NCBI RefSeq assembly: GCF_002113885.1
Contig: NW_018408878.1
Coordinates: 964,032-1,028,031, forward strand
DNA from: Mizuhopecten yessoensis
Lineage: Eukaryota
Length of the DNA stretch: 64,000 bases
Reading direction: 5' to 3'
Shown here: in pieces, positions 24,122 through 38,500 of the stretch
Layout: each line of letters starts with the position of its first letter
How positions within the stretch are numbered: the stretch's first letter is position 1
Notes under the pieces: generated by a model
Told to the model about the DNA's origin: nothing
What the model saw: the letters and a program-made list of their open reading frames with translations, nothing else
The model's database searches: none
Made by a program: the position numbers and the translations under genes

Positions 24122-24335
24122 GAGGCGGTGGTGGCCGAATGGTGAGGGGTATGGCATTTTGCTATCACTAGCCCTCCACCACTGGGTCGCGGGTTCGAGA
24201 CCTAGGTGGGGCAGTCGCCAGGTTTCCTCCGCTGGTCGATGGTATTTCTTTAGGTACTCCGGCTTTACTCCACCACCAAATCCTGACACGTCCATATCCC
24301 TATCTTACCTTAGCGGTTAATAGGACGTAAAACAT
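24122..24335 (+). mobile_element. tRNA-derived SINE, family B
   Basis: GGTGGCCGAATGG A box, GGTTCGAGACC B box, GGTACTCCGGCTTT core, AATAGGACGTAAAAC tail. Confidence 0.85.
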
Positions 24336-24421
24336 ACACCAATTTGTTGAGATTTTCCCAACGGCTATCTGTGTATTAACGTTAAATTATGCTACTATTC
24401 TCATTCTAACCTTTTTAACGA

Positions 24422-24590
24422 GGGGTCGTGGTGGTCAGGTGGTTAAGGCGTCTGACATTCTGCTACCACTATCCATCCACCACTGGGTCGCGAGTTTGAG
24501 GCCTGCGTGGGGCATTCGCCAGGTAAAGGCCGCCGCTCGGTGGTTTTTCTTCGGCTTTTCTCCACCATCAAAACCTGGCACGACCTTGAA
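24422..24590 (+). mobile_element. tRNA-derived SINE, family B (3' truncated)
   Basis: Homologous to the 24122 and 52811 copies. Confidence 0.8.
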
Positions 24591-24779
24591 CCAAAAGCCT
24601 TTTTAACGACGTATTGATACAAACAATGATACCTAAATTTATCTATTTTATAGTCATTGAAATTAAAAATAAAAAGTGAAAGAGAAATTATGCAAGAATG
24701 CAAAAGACACCAAACAATAACGAAATGTTTAGGATGCAGTGTAATTCACGTTCGACATACCATATATATATATATATAT

Positions 24780-24919
24780 ATATAGAAAAAATAAAATTAA
24801 CGACCGACTAAAAACCTAGCTGCTTTCACCCTTCACAGGGCTCTTCAGGTTTGAAGAGCCCTGTGAAGGGTGAAAGCAGCTAGGTTTTTAGTCGGTCGTT
24901 AATTTTATTTTTTCTATAT
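24780..24919. ncRNA. Perfect inverted repeat (68-bp arms, 4-nt loop) carrying a minimal hammerhead-ribozyme motif; probable Penelope-like element end in (TA)n
   Basis: Arms 24780-24847 and 24852-24919 are exact reverse complements. The - strand reads CTGAAGA-GCCC-tgtgaa-GGGT-GAAA-GC-A-GC-TA. Confidence 0.65.
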
Positions 24920-25266
24920 TTACTTCCTTCACATGGACATTTAATCACTTTTTATTATACATATATATATATCTAAATTTTAAAGCTGCAATCACATGAG
25001 CGTGGGTTATTTTTTGGTAGGTATACCAGTATGGTTGTAGATTGATAGCTCGCGCAGATCTCGCTAACTCACGCTTGAGCCTCTTGTTCTCGGAGATCCG
25101 TCGCGAGACTTGGGCTGTAGTCGCCCGGTATCAGCTTTCGTTATGAATTTGTTGAATAAATACAAGTTTTGTATCGTAGACAATTCTTATTTACGGAACG
25201 CAACGGTTAATAACATGATCATTTTTAGCGTCATTAAATGTTTAAAAATCCTGATAATTGATATGA

Positions 25267-25619
25267 AATATACCGTAATTTCAGAATTATGAGAAGTCAA
25301 CACTGGCAGCCATAACATTATAGTACAGAGAAAAAATAGGCAAGGTTTTCGTTTAAACACCGTTTTTTTTTTTAGACGCTCAATTTTAAATCTGTTCGGT
25401 GATTTATATTCTACAATATTTTTTGTGTTGCGTTTCTTTGGATTCAACTTCGTAAAATAACTACAACATTGCTAAATTAATCTGAGAATATACCGTGATT
25501 TCAGAATTAGAAGTCATCACTGGCGGCCATGACATTATAAAGGCAAGGTTTTCGTTAAAATCCGTTTTTTCGATGGGAAATTTTAAATCGGTTCAGTGAT
25601 TAAAATTCTACAATATTTT
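25267..25619. repeat. Diverged tandem duplication with a period of about 220 bp
   Basis: AATATACCGT.ATTTCAGAATTA...AGGCAAGGTTTTCGTT...ATTCTACAATATTTT occurs at 25267-25425 and 25488-25619. Confidence 0.8.
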
Positions 25620-27390
25620 ATTATTTTCCTTCTGATATATCGACTTCATATTATATTTTGAATATTGATTGACATACCATAATAAAGTTTTAAGAGAAAA
25701 TTACGTTTTCACGATTAAGCCTTATTATAGGAGCATCGAAATGATCATTTTATTCACTTTACACCTATTTGTTAGTTGTGTAATTTAAGGCTTATAATTA
25801 GACACCCGTACCTAACCCAATTAACCCCTGGGGGGAGGTCATCACAGGTGTGAAGGAGACTTACCAGTGAGGAGATCTTACGGGAGCCGAACTAATTGAG
25901 GCAGGTGTTGGTAGGGGTAAAAGCCTTAGGGGATCGGTACTAGTAATTGTAATCTTACCCCTCTGGCTAATTAAATTTATAGATAAAAGTTCACGACATA
26001 TTGACATACCCTGCGGATAATCTCATCCTCCGGCAAAGCCCGGAAAAAGAATCAATGCACTGTACCTCTCGGAAGCAGAGACGTTTCTCTATTGCCGGGT
26101 GTAACTGGTTGTCTGAGACTCGGGGTACATAACAAACACAACATATAAATGCCTATTAGACCATTAATATACACAATAATTGCACTTTCAAATAATACAA
26201 AAAACTTTAAATTATTTATTTTATTTTTCGGTTAAAAAACCTCGTACAATACTATTGGATCATTTTTATACCTTATTATTATTATAAGCCTTCTTGGCCC
26301 CTTTCGATCGCCCCAAAATCATTAATTAGGAACACTAGACACAGATGCAGCGACTGGTGTAAATGGGCTACGCCCAAAACGCAAATATCAACACCTTCAA
26401 CCACCGACATACCCTGCCAAATTCATACCTGAACTCGTCGCAGGGTAATTATTATAATTTGTACGTACACTCACTAATTAGTTACCCTCGTATCACGATG
26501 TGTGTCTTTACCCATGGCCTTCTTAAATTTATAAACATCTATTTCAGTGTTAGGATGTACTTCTAGATTAAGGACAACAGTATAAAATATTGATTATTTA
26601 ATTATGTCGAAGGCCTTCTAAGAAAGATCTAAATTTAACATACTAATATTCGATGACGAGTAATGGTGGCGATAATTTGCGTTTCGGAAATCCTCTAACG
26701 ATATCGTAGGCCGTTGCAATAAAATTGATGTCATCCAAATAGACTACCCGGCACGGGTGCGCTTCGGTATGTGAAAGAGGCAGTTTCCAATGAATATCTG
26801 TAGTATATACGTCTCTTAAGAAAATATTATTATTCTAGAAAAAGGCCTTAAATATTAGAATATATAACTATGTATTTTTGAAACAAAACACATGTCTGAG
26901 GGTATGTTTCACTATCAATAGAAATAGTCAGATTTGATATATTTGAAAGATAGTGACAAATATGTTCTTGTTTTTATTATAAATTGAACTTTTATAATAA
27001 GTGTTTTTTGAAACTGAGAAATTTAGTCAGAAGAATTAGATATGCATATAAATACCTGTGTAAAACAAACATGTGTTAAGACCGGAGCCTGAAGCCTATC
27101 AGAGAAATCATTAACTAAATAGTTTTTCGTAAAACTTCACATGAAAAGAAAATTAAACATGTGTAGCTGATTTTGGAAATCTTGACAAATCACTATTGAA
27201 TTACAGACAATTATTTTAAGTCCCCGAACATGCAAGTGACATACGCTAATTATATAATAATGCGGGCAATTAGTCGGCTTGACCACACAAAGAAACGAGT
27301 TATTCAAGTCGCGTTGTTTACCAACATGACACGCTGATCAGGTGTTAGGCACGCCAACAAACGCTCATGCGTTTTCTGAGTTGTGTGCAC

Positions 27391-27472
27391 TAATCCCTAA
27401 TTGGGGTATCTGATTGGACGAGCGGACATAGAGATCATTTATAAGTACGGGTGTCACGGGCTTGGATTCAGT
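27391..27472 (+). promoter_or_regulatory. Candidate Pol II core promoter of the SLC6 gene
   Basis: Reverse CCAAT (ATTGG, 27413-27417), TATAAG (27440-27445) and Inr TCAGT with its A at 27470, exactly 30 nt after the TATA start. TAATCC at 27391. Confidence 0.6.
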
Positions 27473-27533
27473 CTATGCCTTGGCATCAATAATTTAGCAA
27501 CGTCAACTTTTGCTGTTTGATCTTCAAATTCAG
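27470..27533 (+). other. Candidate non-coding exon 1 of the SLC6 gene
   Basis: Runs from the Inr to a strong donor CAG|GTAAGA (GT at 27534). Confidence 0.55.
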
Positions 27534-28479
27534 GTAAGAATGTTTAATATATTTTTTTCTAAGTTTTGTATTATTTTTTATTATTAAAAAAATATGAAAA
27601 AGTTTATATTCTGAGGATTACACTTAGAATTGCTTTTATTAGAAATTGCTATTTTTGTATATACACATTCTATATGGTAGATTTACTATGTTACAAGAAT
27701 TTAACATTTGTTCTTAAATCGTATTACTATATTTTTGTATTTGATCAAAGTTTTGTCATAATTGTTTCATTTTCTCTATGTCTTTGAAAAAACCAGACAT
27801 CACAGTTATTATCCATCTTTTAAATTACTTTTGACTAAATAATATATTCAGTGAAATAGCTGATAAGGTACAATAAGAGTTATCGCCCTTGTGTATCCGG
27901 GAAAAACTGAAGATTAACACAGTCAACTTATTCTGTCGAAATAATCTACAAATCAATATGGGAAAGTGTTTCCAAGCACAAACAAGGTCAAGACATACAT
28001 TTTTATGATATGATAGTCAGGGTAAGTAGTATGGGTCAGGTATGCTAATCCCTTCGGGCGGAAGTAGAGTATACCAACGCAACCCTCCAAGTCATTAACC
28101 GGAAGTAAGCATTTTTGTAAACAAAAACTCGTGGTAGCCTTCTTAGACTTATCCAGTTTTATAAGTATTTTAATGAGCAATAACCTTATATATTCACGGT
28201 AGATTAAATAAACATATTCTGTTTACTATTTGGCTAATTCGAATATTCATTAACTGTTCGCATAACAATCACCTTTTGATTGTCCATTTTGAATATAATT
28301 ATATATGAAACATTCACATTGATCTGTTAAATATATATTAGACTTACGAGACACTCAATCTCCCCTATCATACTAGACTGTTAAAGCATTACATAAATGT
28401 ACATAATAATGAATTAAAAGTTTTGCCAATATAAAAATATAAAAATAATTGACATTAAAAGACACATTACTGCTTAATT

Positions 28480-28900
28480 ATAGAGCAAGATGCGACGTCG
28501 ATTAAGAATATTAACACGTGTTTTGGCACAGGACCTCGTCATTTAAGGGTTGCTTAGAATTACAACTAACTTTTCATCTTTACTCATATCGTAAAAATCC
28601 CTTGTGATATTACTGGCCTCCTGCAATAGACCCGATCGGTGATCATTATTAAAGTTACATTAAATCAAGACTCTCTGTTTCTACCACGCTTTTACACGCG
28701 AAACACTTTCTTTCACTCAAAGGTATTCTCTCATACCGGCCTGTTCGATGCGTATCGATGCTACCCCACACCTAAACTTAACTAGCGCACTACGATGTGA
28801 TTTAGGCATTACTAACAGATTATAATTTTCTACCTCATAATTAAGCTTAAATAATCTGTACGTACGTAGTTTGTTACCTCCAGAAATACAATTTTTGTCT
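28480..28900 (-). pseudogene. Decayed C-terminal part of a non-LTR retrotransposon (LINE, probably CR1/L2-group) ORF2
   Basis: GNKLRTYRLFK...HRSALVKFRCGVASIRIE, followed after a frameshift by ERKCFAC: the typical post-RT zinc-knuckle region. Confidence 0.75.
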
Positions 28901-30050
28901 CCGGGACGATTAGGTGCCCTTTTCCAATTTTCAATAAAAAAATCCAAGCCACGGACCTTAGCGTCCTTAAGTAAAATTTAACTATTCCTATACCTGTGCT
29001 ATAGTTATCCAAGCCTAGCTCCCGGAGTCCGGACATTACCATGAAGTTCCAAACACATGCACGCATACACAATACACCTTGAGGCACGTTTTTAAATTAC
29101 ATTTGCTGTTGATATGAATTCATCCCCTATTTAACCAAAGCAAACAATTGTATGTAAAATTGACGTATTGAGAGTATCCATGAAATCATCGAATACAAAT
29201 CCATAACAAAATAAATGACTTCATAAAACTGAAATGCTATAGTGTACTAATGCACAATTCTAAGAAATATGCTACTTTTCCCGATGACATTCGTATACAA
29301 TGAATCGTAAGAGAACGTTCCCTTCATTTAAAGATGCATATTAAAGAACGTCCATGAACATACACATTAACACCTAAAAATTTTTTATAAACCATTGAAA
29401 TGAATTATATGTATTTAATACAATACCAAGGCCTTTGATTAACGAGTCAAGGATTGACCTTAACATTCTAATTTTCAAGTATGTTATTCGCTGTAACAGG
29501 TGAGAGCCCACCCATACAGCCACAAACCATGGTCGATGTCGCTCAAACAATGTGAAATCAGATATGTAACATGCAAAAAACAACAGTTATACTTGTTCTA
29601 TAGTGGTTCTAAAAAAATACACTGTTACTTAACAATTTAAATGACAGATCCTTTTATAAAAATAAATCAGGTCGGAGCTATATATATAGATGTAAATGAC
29701 TTTTCCCCTTATCGTGTTTCTTTTGCAAAAGGTAAAAAAATAATTAAATTTATCAAGAACGAGAACTACTTTTGATGACCCGAGATATGCGACACCTCAC
29801 TACACCAACAGTGAACGTTTTATATAGATTTTAAAGCAACACTACACCTTCACTGATGTGTAAACCACCGCGTATTCTATAATAACATCATCTGTACAAG
29901 GAATATAAAAAAAAAGATGATTGGAAACGAAGTGAGTTTGCTTTTGGACAATACACATGAAATGGAAGATTCTTATTACATGAAATAAAATGCAAACAAT
30001 AAAGGACATTAGTGGAAATAATACGATATTCATGTGATACATGTAAATAT

Positions 30051-30238
30051 ATTCCGTCTTTGCGTATTGCAGAGTTATCTTCTCTTGGGAGCTGGTATTG
30101 ATTGTTACGTCACTTGTTTGTGAGAGTAACGTCATCAATTTTTGAGAAAACGACGTAATTTTCACACACGAACCAATGACGTAACAATCAATACCTGCTC
30201 TCAAGAGAAGATAACTCTGCAATACGCAAAGACGGAAT
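30051..30238. mobile_element. 188-bp fold-back MITE, copy 3
   Basis: ATTCCGTCTTTGCG...CGCAAAGACGGAAT with near-perfect arms. Confidence 0.92.
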
Positions 30239-32577
30239 GGCCACACAAACAATTTTGAGAACAACTATATTAACTCTTATCACCGATTTTATTTCTTTAA
30301 TACATTTTATTCCTTTTAAGTACACAACAAAGACAATAAGGTCACTTTATGGCGTTTTGATGTCAGCCATATGGAGTTCAGTTCTATATAAAGTACATGA
30401 TGTACGTAAAATGTTACTATATAGCGTTTATGTTTTGGACATTATTACAATGGAGTACAGCCTTGATTCTATGATAAGCGGCTTGAAAACAAAAGTAATA
30501 AACAACAAAATTAACATCCTCTCCTGAGTGCTGTCCCCACTGACAAAATAATAATATTATGAATAATAGCAACGCTCATTCAACAACTCCGCGAAAAGTT
30601 TCCCCCACGAGATTTAAGCGTGATACCGTACTTGATTTTGTTAACAACAGTCGACAGGTATAAACGTTCCCAGGGTCATACCTTTTAGTGTTCCCCTCAG
30701 AATCTTATTACAGGGTCCTAGACCAATACGTCAGTACAATGTATGACCCACTTTTCACTTCACAGTAAATACACTCAATACCTTTCACACACACACACAC
30801 ACACACAATAGGTAAGTGTTACAGTGTGACACTCCACGCCATTTTATACTGGTGTTACTGAGGTGACCAATGATATATCTACCACACGTCAAGGTCAGCG
30901 ATTCAACTCTACTGTACCTGTATCAGAAGCATTCTGTGAAGTTGTCATTGTATGAGAACGTGTTCAAACGACTTAGTCAGATCACGTTTTCACTGAAATG
31001 TGGGACGAGTAAGACTGGTACGGATTTGTTAACACTAATAAAGAAAGATATTATTAAAGGTTATCTACTTTTTGAAGTATTTGTATTTACATATCTTTTG
31101 ATTGTTTTACCATATTACCGTTGGAAAACATCATGAATAACAATGAATGTCTGTTAAGGTAGCTGTAACGTTGTTTTTGGTCGGTCAATATCCCCACCTT
31201 ATATTAACCACATAACCCCAGTACGTCACGTTGGCAATAATAACACATCCGTTTTCAGGGAAACTACGTCTATACTGCCCATGTAAACTGTGCCCTATCC
31301 CTTTGTCATACGACCTAACATAATACGTTAAATTAAAACTGAAAATATAAATGTCATCTTAGATAAATTAAATTCTAAATACTACATGTTGTTATGATCT
31401 GTAGTTCACGTAATTCCTGAAAACTTTATTTCTCATAGGGAGACATGATTCTTTACTGAGGTGAATTATAGGTTCAACAGTTAAAATTATTATTTTCATA
31501 TGTTGCGTTTTCCCGAATTTACTAAATTAAAAGGAAATTAAATTTAAATAATGAAACAATAGAAAAGCAAGTCCGATACAGTGTTAAACGAGGGAACTAA
31601 TGTTAACCTTAAAAGGTAAGTAAAATATGTAATATGTAATATTATTTTGAAGTTGCTGATCGAAACACAGTATATAAATGTATGTACAAGGTGTCAATAA
31701 TAAAGTTGATTTTAAAACAAAATGCATTTAATGAATAAAATAATGTAAATATTCATTTTGTACGAAACAATGATGTATCCTGTTATAGCAAGATATTTCC
31801 ACGGGGATGATATTTTCGCGATTTCGCGGGTCAATAACGTGATCTCGAAACTTAAATCCGCATAATAAGATGACAAGAGTAAAAAAAGATCCAGGATAAT
31901 AAACTTCATAGCCGTATGTAACGTCTCATGATCACGTGGTTGTAACGATTCATTTCCATCAAGAATGATACAAGATGGTTAAAAATAGTTTATATCACAC
32001 ATGTAATAGTTTTGTTGATGATTTTATTATAATAAAGCGTATTCATTTGCCTGCTTGACACTTTATATGCCAAGTGTCCCGTCTCTGTGCTAAAACACCG
32101 CGAAAATTTAGTTCCTTCAAATGTCTAGACTGCGAAATTATAATCCTTGTCAATTTAATTGTCTATTTTTATTTCAAAATCATGAACATTTAAGCCCTAA
32201 TAATTATCCCATTGTGCGGTATTATCTAACTAACGTATTCACAATACCTGATTATTTTCTCAAGATTTAACTAAAAGTACGTCACGTCCCCAGGTAAATT
32301 TCGCCCATGAGGAACATGTCATTTATGTACTTGTATCAAACTCTGAATATGACCTGAATAATGTTAAAATGAGGGAAAATAATCCTACATCAGATATATA
32401 GTGTAATCATTTCCATGTGAGAGAATTTAAAAACATACTTTGTTTGTGACTTCATGCATTTACAGTAGGTGTATATACCCTGAATGTTCTCGCGAGAAAC
32501 TAAACATAGCTGTACCGCCCAGTGACACCGCTGAAGTACTGCCGACAGGGACTGATACTCAATACAGGACTACAAAC

Positions 32578-32592
32578 ATGGCGTCCAAAGAG
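32578..32592 (+). CDS. SLC6 gene, candidate start-codon exon (MASKE); exon probably begins at 32466 or 32469
   Basis: CAAACATGG start context; phase-0 donor GAG|GTAAGA compatible with the phase-0 acceptor at 45198. Confidence 0.6.
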
Positions 32593-35500
32593 GTAAGAGA
32601 AATTTTTATTTAAATCTAACCAAACGGTAGGTTCAAAAAATTGCTTTGTACATTTTTTTATGTTTTATTTGTGTTATTCATTATACTAGGACATTTAATT
32701 AAGCAAACAATTTTAAAACAAATAAGACAATTACGTTTAGCATTGCGCTATAGATGTCTATAGTCAAGACAAGATCAATATGCTGGTCACAGACCTTTTA
32801 ACGGCTAGTCTTGGTCATAACACAACATGGACGTACAGACGTACATCATGTTGTTTCTTTGTGTAGAACACATGTGAAGTACTGGATAGACAGTCAGATA
32901 TTCAAATTTTATTTTATTACAAATAATGGGAGTTTTACTGAATTATATTCAGCCCTAAGCAATTTACTACATACGTTTGTTAGGTCGACAACACAGATTT
33001 TATACTAGAAAGAATGATTGATATAACTGTCTACGATGATATGTTATATGCTAAAACGAATGGAATGTTTAAAATTGTGTTAATGTATCATGAAAACAAT
33101 AATTCAAACGCATTTACGGCGACATAAACATTTGCTAATGATATATCAAACGGAGGGGTCACACTTTATAGTAGAATAAAGATATCAAATTTAGCATTAC
33201 TTGTATGATGAAGCTATATCAAAACGGATAAGTTACCTGCAGAGGAATATAAACTCACAACTCTAGGTAACTTTAGTAGGAACACATCTGGTGTAGTTTA
33301 GGGTTCTGGTATGATTTCAGGATAAAAGAAAATCAAGTTAAACGCTTTGAATATAGATTTATCTTTGTTAAAAATAAGATTGAGTTCGGTTCTAAAATGT
33401 CTTTCATTGAAAGTATAAAGAGAAGAAATATGTTTTCTTTTTTGGCATAACATATTAAGCATTTAGACAGAGAGTGAATAGTTGAACGGTCTGATGTGGT
33501 TTTTGTAACAGTGTCGCTCTGTTATTCTGGTAAAACAAATTGCAGGTATGAAATGCCTCGTGTCATCAACTCATTGTTTTCGCTACTAGGTCACACCGCA
33601 TGATTGACCATTGGGGATTGGCCGGGTACTGGTTGTACGGCTCATGATGTTACGAAGGGTAGGCGGAGTGTTATTGCGCTAGGAGGTGTTATGCATGATT
33701 AACGCGCAACTCGTTCTGGCTTGGTGACTCTTTGAACCCATACGTATCAGTGTTAACAGATAGGAAAACATTTTGCTCGTCAAATAATCTTGAATTGTTG
33801 CTAACCATGATAAAGATATCTTCTCCATAAAAAGTACACGATTGTGTTTTTTTCTTAATGCTAATTGTATCCTTTACTTTCTGTCTTTCATGTCGCCCGT
33901 TGTCATGTAATCAATGTCTTGTTTCTCCCTTCTAACGATATCCTTTCTCACGGTTTCCTACTTGTCAATCCCCGCCATTGGTCCTACGTGTTGTGTTTCT
34001 GCTCTGTTGCTATACGTATATCATCCCCTGCAGTTTTAGGGAAAGAATATGCCTGATGTATTCCACTACCTGTTATGAGAGGCGACTAATTAGGGGCCCC
34101 TACGTAATAGGTTGTTTTAAAGTATCTTCTGCTTAAAGGGTATTGAAGAAAGTTGATCCGCTGTCACTTGGCAATGGCATCGAATCTGTGCTCAAGCGAA
34201 CTCTCTCGCAACTCATTTTAACCATGTTACACGGTCAAAAAGTTTGGACATTGAAAAACTGTATTCGAATTAAAGGCTCTCAAAAGAATTTCCACAATCA
34301 GATATATATCATAGGAACGAGATATTGAGCTTAACACACATCATATGACAGTGTTTGAGCGTGAGACTTATTCTCCATGTACTTTTTTCTAGGGTCTCCT
34401 AGAAGTTATTCCCCCATTTGCTTCCGTCTTAGCTTTATCGATTTTGACTTAAATGAAATTCGTTTTTGTTGATTTCGATTTCTCCATAGCATGTACACTG
34501 CTGTGTGTCGTACAGTCGTTCAGAATGGCTGACCGATGTTTTACATGTATCATAAGGTTAATACAGGAGGTCAACCATCCGGCGTCCTGAATGCGTACAC
34601 AGGTACGGGTGTGTGTAGCGGTCATAATGTTCGTAGGGTCACTCATCCCGTTATAGACTATTAGGTTCCGGTGTCCGTCTGGAATGAAAACAGCACGTCA
34701 CGGAAGGCAGCTACGTATGAATACAATCGAAAACCAGGAAGAAAAGAACCACTTGTGCTCAAAGGGTAGGGAGAACCTAATATACACCCAGACAAAGGAA
34801 GGTGACGTTCCACAAGTTTATGGACAATCCCAGCATGTTTGTAACGAATGTCTCCGCAACCGTGTCTTTCTCCGTTCCTGTCATGAGTATAAGTTCTAAT
34901 TCTGCCCTTGTAAATTGTCGCTGTGGTATTCTTTATATCTGTAAATTGACACTTTATCTATGTGAATTGACATGTATCTATATGAATTGACACTTTATAT
35001 ATATAAATTGACTCTTTGTCTATGAGAATCGACACTATCTCTGTGAATTGACACTTTATCTATGTGAATTGACATGTATATATATGAATTGACACTTTAT
35101 ATATGTAAATTGACTCTTTATCTATGTGAATCGACACTATCTCTGTGAATTGACACTTTATCTATGTGAATTGACACATTTTCTATGTGAATTGACACTT
35201 TATCTATGTGAATTGACACATTATCTATGTGAATTGACACATTTTCTATGTGAATTGACACTTAATCTATGTGAATTGACACATTATCTCTGTGAATTGA
35301 CACTTTATCTATGTGAATTGACACATTTTCTATGTGAATTGACACTTTATCTATGAGAATCGACACTATCTCTGTGAATTGACACTTTATCTATGTGAAT
35401 TGACATGTATCTATATGAATTGACACTTTATATATATAAATTGACTCTTTATCTATGTGAATCGACACTATCTCTGTGAATTGACACTTTATCTATGTGA

Positions 35501-38500
35501 ATTGACACATTTTCTATGTGAATTGACACTTTATCTATGTGAATTGACACATTATCTATGTGAATTGACAATTTATCTAATGTGAATTGACCTTTTTTCC
35601 ATGTGAATTGACGCTGTGCTTTACTTTACCCGTGTGCATTGACGCTGTGGTAGTTTACCAATGTTAATTGTTTATTGACACTGTGGTATACTCTACCCTG
35701 TGAATCGACGATGTGCTATGAATTGACGCAGCCCCTTCCCAGGGTAGGGGGTCAACAAAACCCTTAGTCATGATCACATTACATTATGGGGTGTCGTTTT
35801 CCTGTTTTGAACATATCTCATCTCTATGAGATTGGTATGCTATGAGGTAATGCCTCTCACAGTCTGATATATAGACCATAGACCACAATATTTAAATTAC
35901 AAAAGCATGTAATAATGCCCCCCCCCCCCCCCCCCCCCCCCCCCGACAGGGAAACACGGAATACACCTCTTGTAAGCACGATAGTCGGCCTACAAACTTG
36001 TGATTCCAATTGAGATAAAATACAAAGATCTTATCCACAGAAATCATTGTGTGCCTCTCTTTTCACTTTATTGAAAGCCGGTTATAGTGGGTGTAACTCC
36101 TGAAATAACGAATGAATGTTGATTTAATCGACGCTGACGGCATGTCGTCTCACATTTCAATGAATTCTATACGTTGTTGATATTTAATAATATTTAGAAA
36201 TGATGTCGTAAAATCCAAGCACGACTCAGCATTTTAGACTAAATAAATTGTTATTATTACATACTACAAAATCGATATTCAAACAAGAAACTAGAACATA
36301 AGAGGCGAAGAGGAGCATATGAAGAAACAACATGGGAAGGAGAAAAGAGTTTAAAGAATATAAAGATAAAAAAGAGCTGGAAATGAGCAAGAAAAGAAAG
36401 AACAGAGAAAGGTGAAGGAGCGAGTTTGGAGGCGCAAGGAATAAGCAACTGAGGAAGAAAAAAGACAAGAGAAGGATCAATATTAAAATATGCAAGGGAC
36501 AAGCAAGAACAGAAAAAACAGGGAAAGGAGAAGAATCAGAAAGAGCAATGCATAAGCAAGTGAGGAGGGAGTGATGAATGAAAGGATCAAGATAAAGAAG
36601 CAAGGCATGAGCAAGCGATGGAGACCGGAAGGAGAAAGAGCAAAATCAGATAGAGCAAGGGAGGGGCACAAGGGCAGAGGAAGGAAGGAAGGAGAAGGAG
36701 AAAGATCAGAAAGGGAAAGAAATGAGCAAGTGAAGAAAGGGCATGGTGAAATGACATGCGAAATAGCATGTGCGAAAAAGAAAAGTATCAATAGGAGGAG
36801 GAGGAGGAGGGAGGGAGGAGGAAGGAAGGACGAGGATGACGAGGAGGAGGAAGGAGGGGACGAGGGGAACGAGGAACAACAATATCAGCACGGAGAAGAA
36901 AATGAAGGGAGTGTGTTTTACAGAGACCAGTTGTGTTGAACAGAACGGTGTGCGGTGTAACTAAAGTTATGGTCTAAATCCGTTTATAGTTTCACACTTT
37001 ACAGCACAGTAAATATAAGACAGTTCATGACATAGGAATCTCCTTCCATTTAGTGGTAGTAGTGTTGACAAAGGAAGTCATGAAAACAGAAATGTTTACG
37101 TAAACAAATACCAAGCACATCACGCGGTCTAGCAACTAGTAAACACCAACATAAAAGTCGCCCATAGGTGACCTTACCTGTATAGAAACAGTAACTAGAT
37201 ACATTCTGTATGTGTAGGTAGTACGATCTGTGATGGGGTTTTTTTACCTGGCTGCATGGGTTCAGATTTCAAATTTTGTATTTCTTTACATCGAAAGGTA
37301 GACATACAGATACACACTATACTTCAATTCACTATTGTACCATACATAAAAGTCAATTCTATACAATAGACTGGTATAGTGTTGATGATTTACAACTTAA
37401 AAAGGCACTTAAATTCATTTGACACCAGTATTCGTTTATCATACATTTCTTATAATTAATAAGTATTATCTAAGGAATTTCACAGTGATGATTCTTTCTT
37501 TGAACTGATTTTCTTCTTCTAATTCAACCATTAACCTCTAAAACGTTTGGGGTATTCAACAACTGAAACAAGATGTCATTTTTAATTATAAACTTCATAT
37601 TAATACCTGAAGTGAACGTGTTTGCCGTTGAATGCGAGACAAACGAATCTTCTTTCTGTCGGCAGTATTTCGTCGTCGTAAGCGGCATCTCCAAACGTTA
37701 AGGTTTTGCCTGTAGTTGTTTCTTATCAATTGTTAGCAGTACAACCACAACATAAAACACAGACAGGTCATGAAATACACATGTAGTCATGTAGCTGCTC
37801 AATCATCTTCTGACTTTTATTTAATGGTAACATGTAAACAAACAAACAAACAAACATCTATTTCATTTTTAATTCGTGTTGATAAAAGTTTTTCTTCCTA
37901 ACTCATAATAAACTAAACTACCACACGCACTCTTCTTAATTTGGCGTTATCTTTCAAAATATAATGTGTGTGTTTTTCTGGATTTCCAAAGCAATACCTC
38001 TACATTGCAATTCAGAATAACATTTCTATGGACACCAATGTGTTTATGTATACAAATCATGGTGTTTCAATATTAAAAACCCTGGTTTTAGTTTATTTAA
38101 CCTAGATTAATGTTTTCTTCGCGCTGCTAGTGATTTTATTTACAACTCTGTGCCGTGTGATGTTTTTATGTAACGTTGTTGTCGTTTATCTTCAAATTGT
38201 TGAAGTTGGCCAGTACCATTTAGAAGTTATAGCTAAAAAGCCCCCCCCCCCCTCTCATACTCCCTCCCCTTACGTCCCCCTCCCCAGAGGATTAACAACA
38301 GGGAGCTCTATACCATCATTGAACTAGCTTTCGTTCTTTAAATCTACTGCATTTAAGTGCAGTAGCCGGTTCGGTAATTGACCCTTTACAGACCGGATAT
38401 GACGCATTTCCAGACATACGACACCGTCTTCTGTGTTTGTGTATATATTTTTGCTTACAGGATATGATGGATTTTAAAAATACATAAAATGATTTATGAT

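Noticed and set aside
34060-34100. CCTGTTATGAGAGGCGACTAA, resembling a motif at 5' ends of some non-LTR elements or an HDV-like ribozyme
   Set aside because: I could not build the nested double pseudoknot, and no ORF follows.
36226-36964. Charged (R/E/G-rich) and hydrophobic ORFs on both strands
   Set aside because: Products of a GA-rich low-complexity tract; no splice or domain support.
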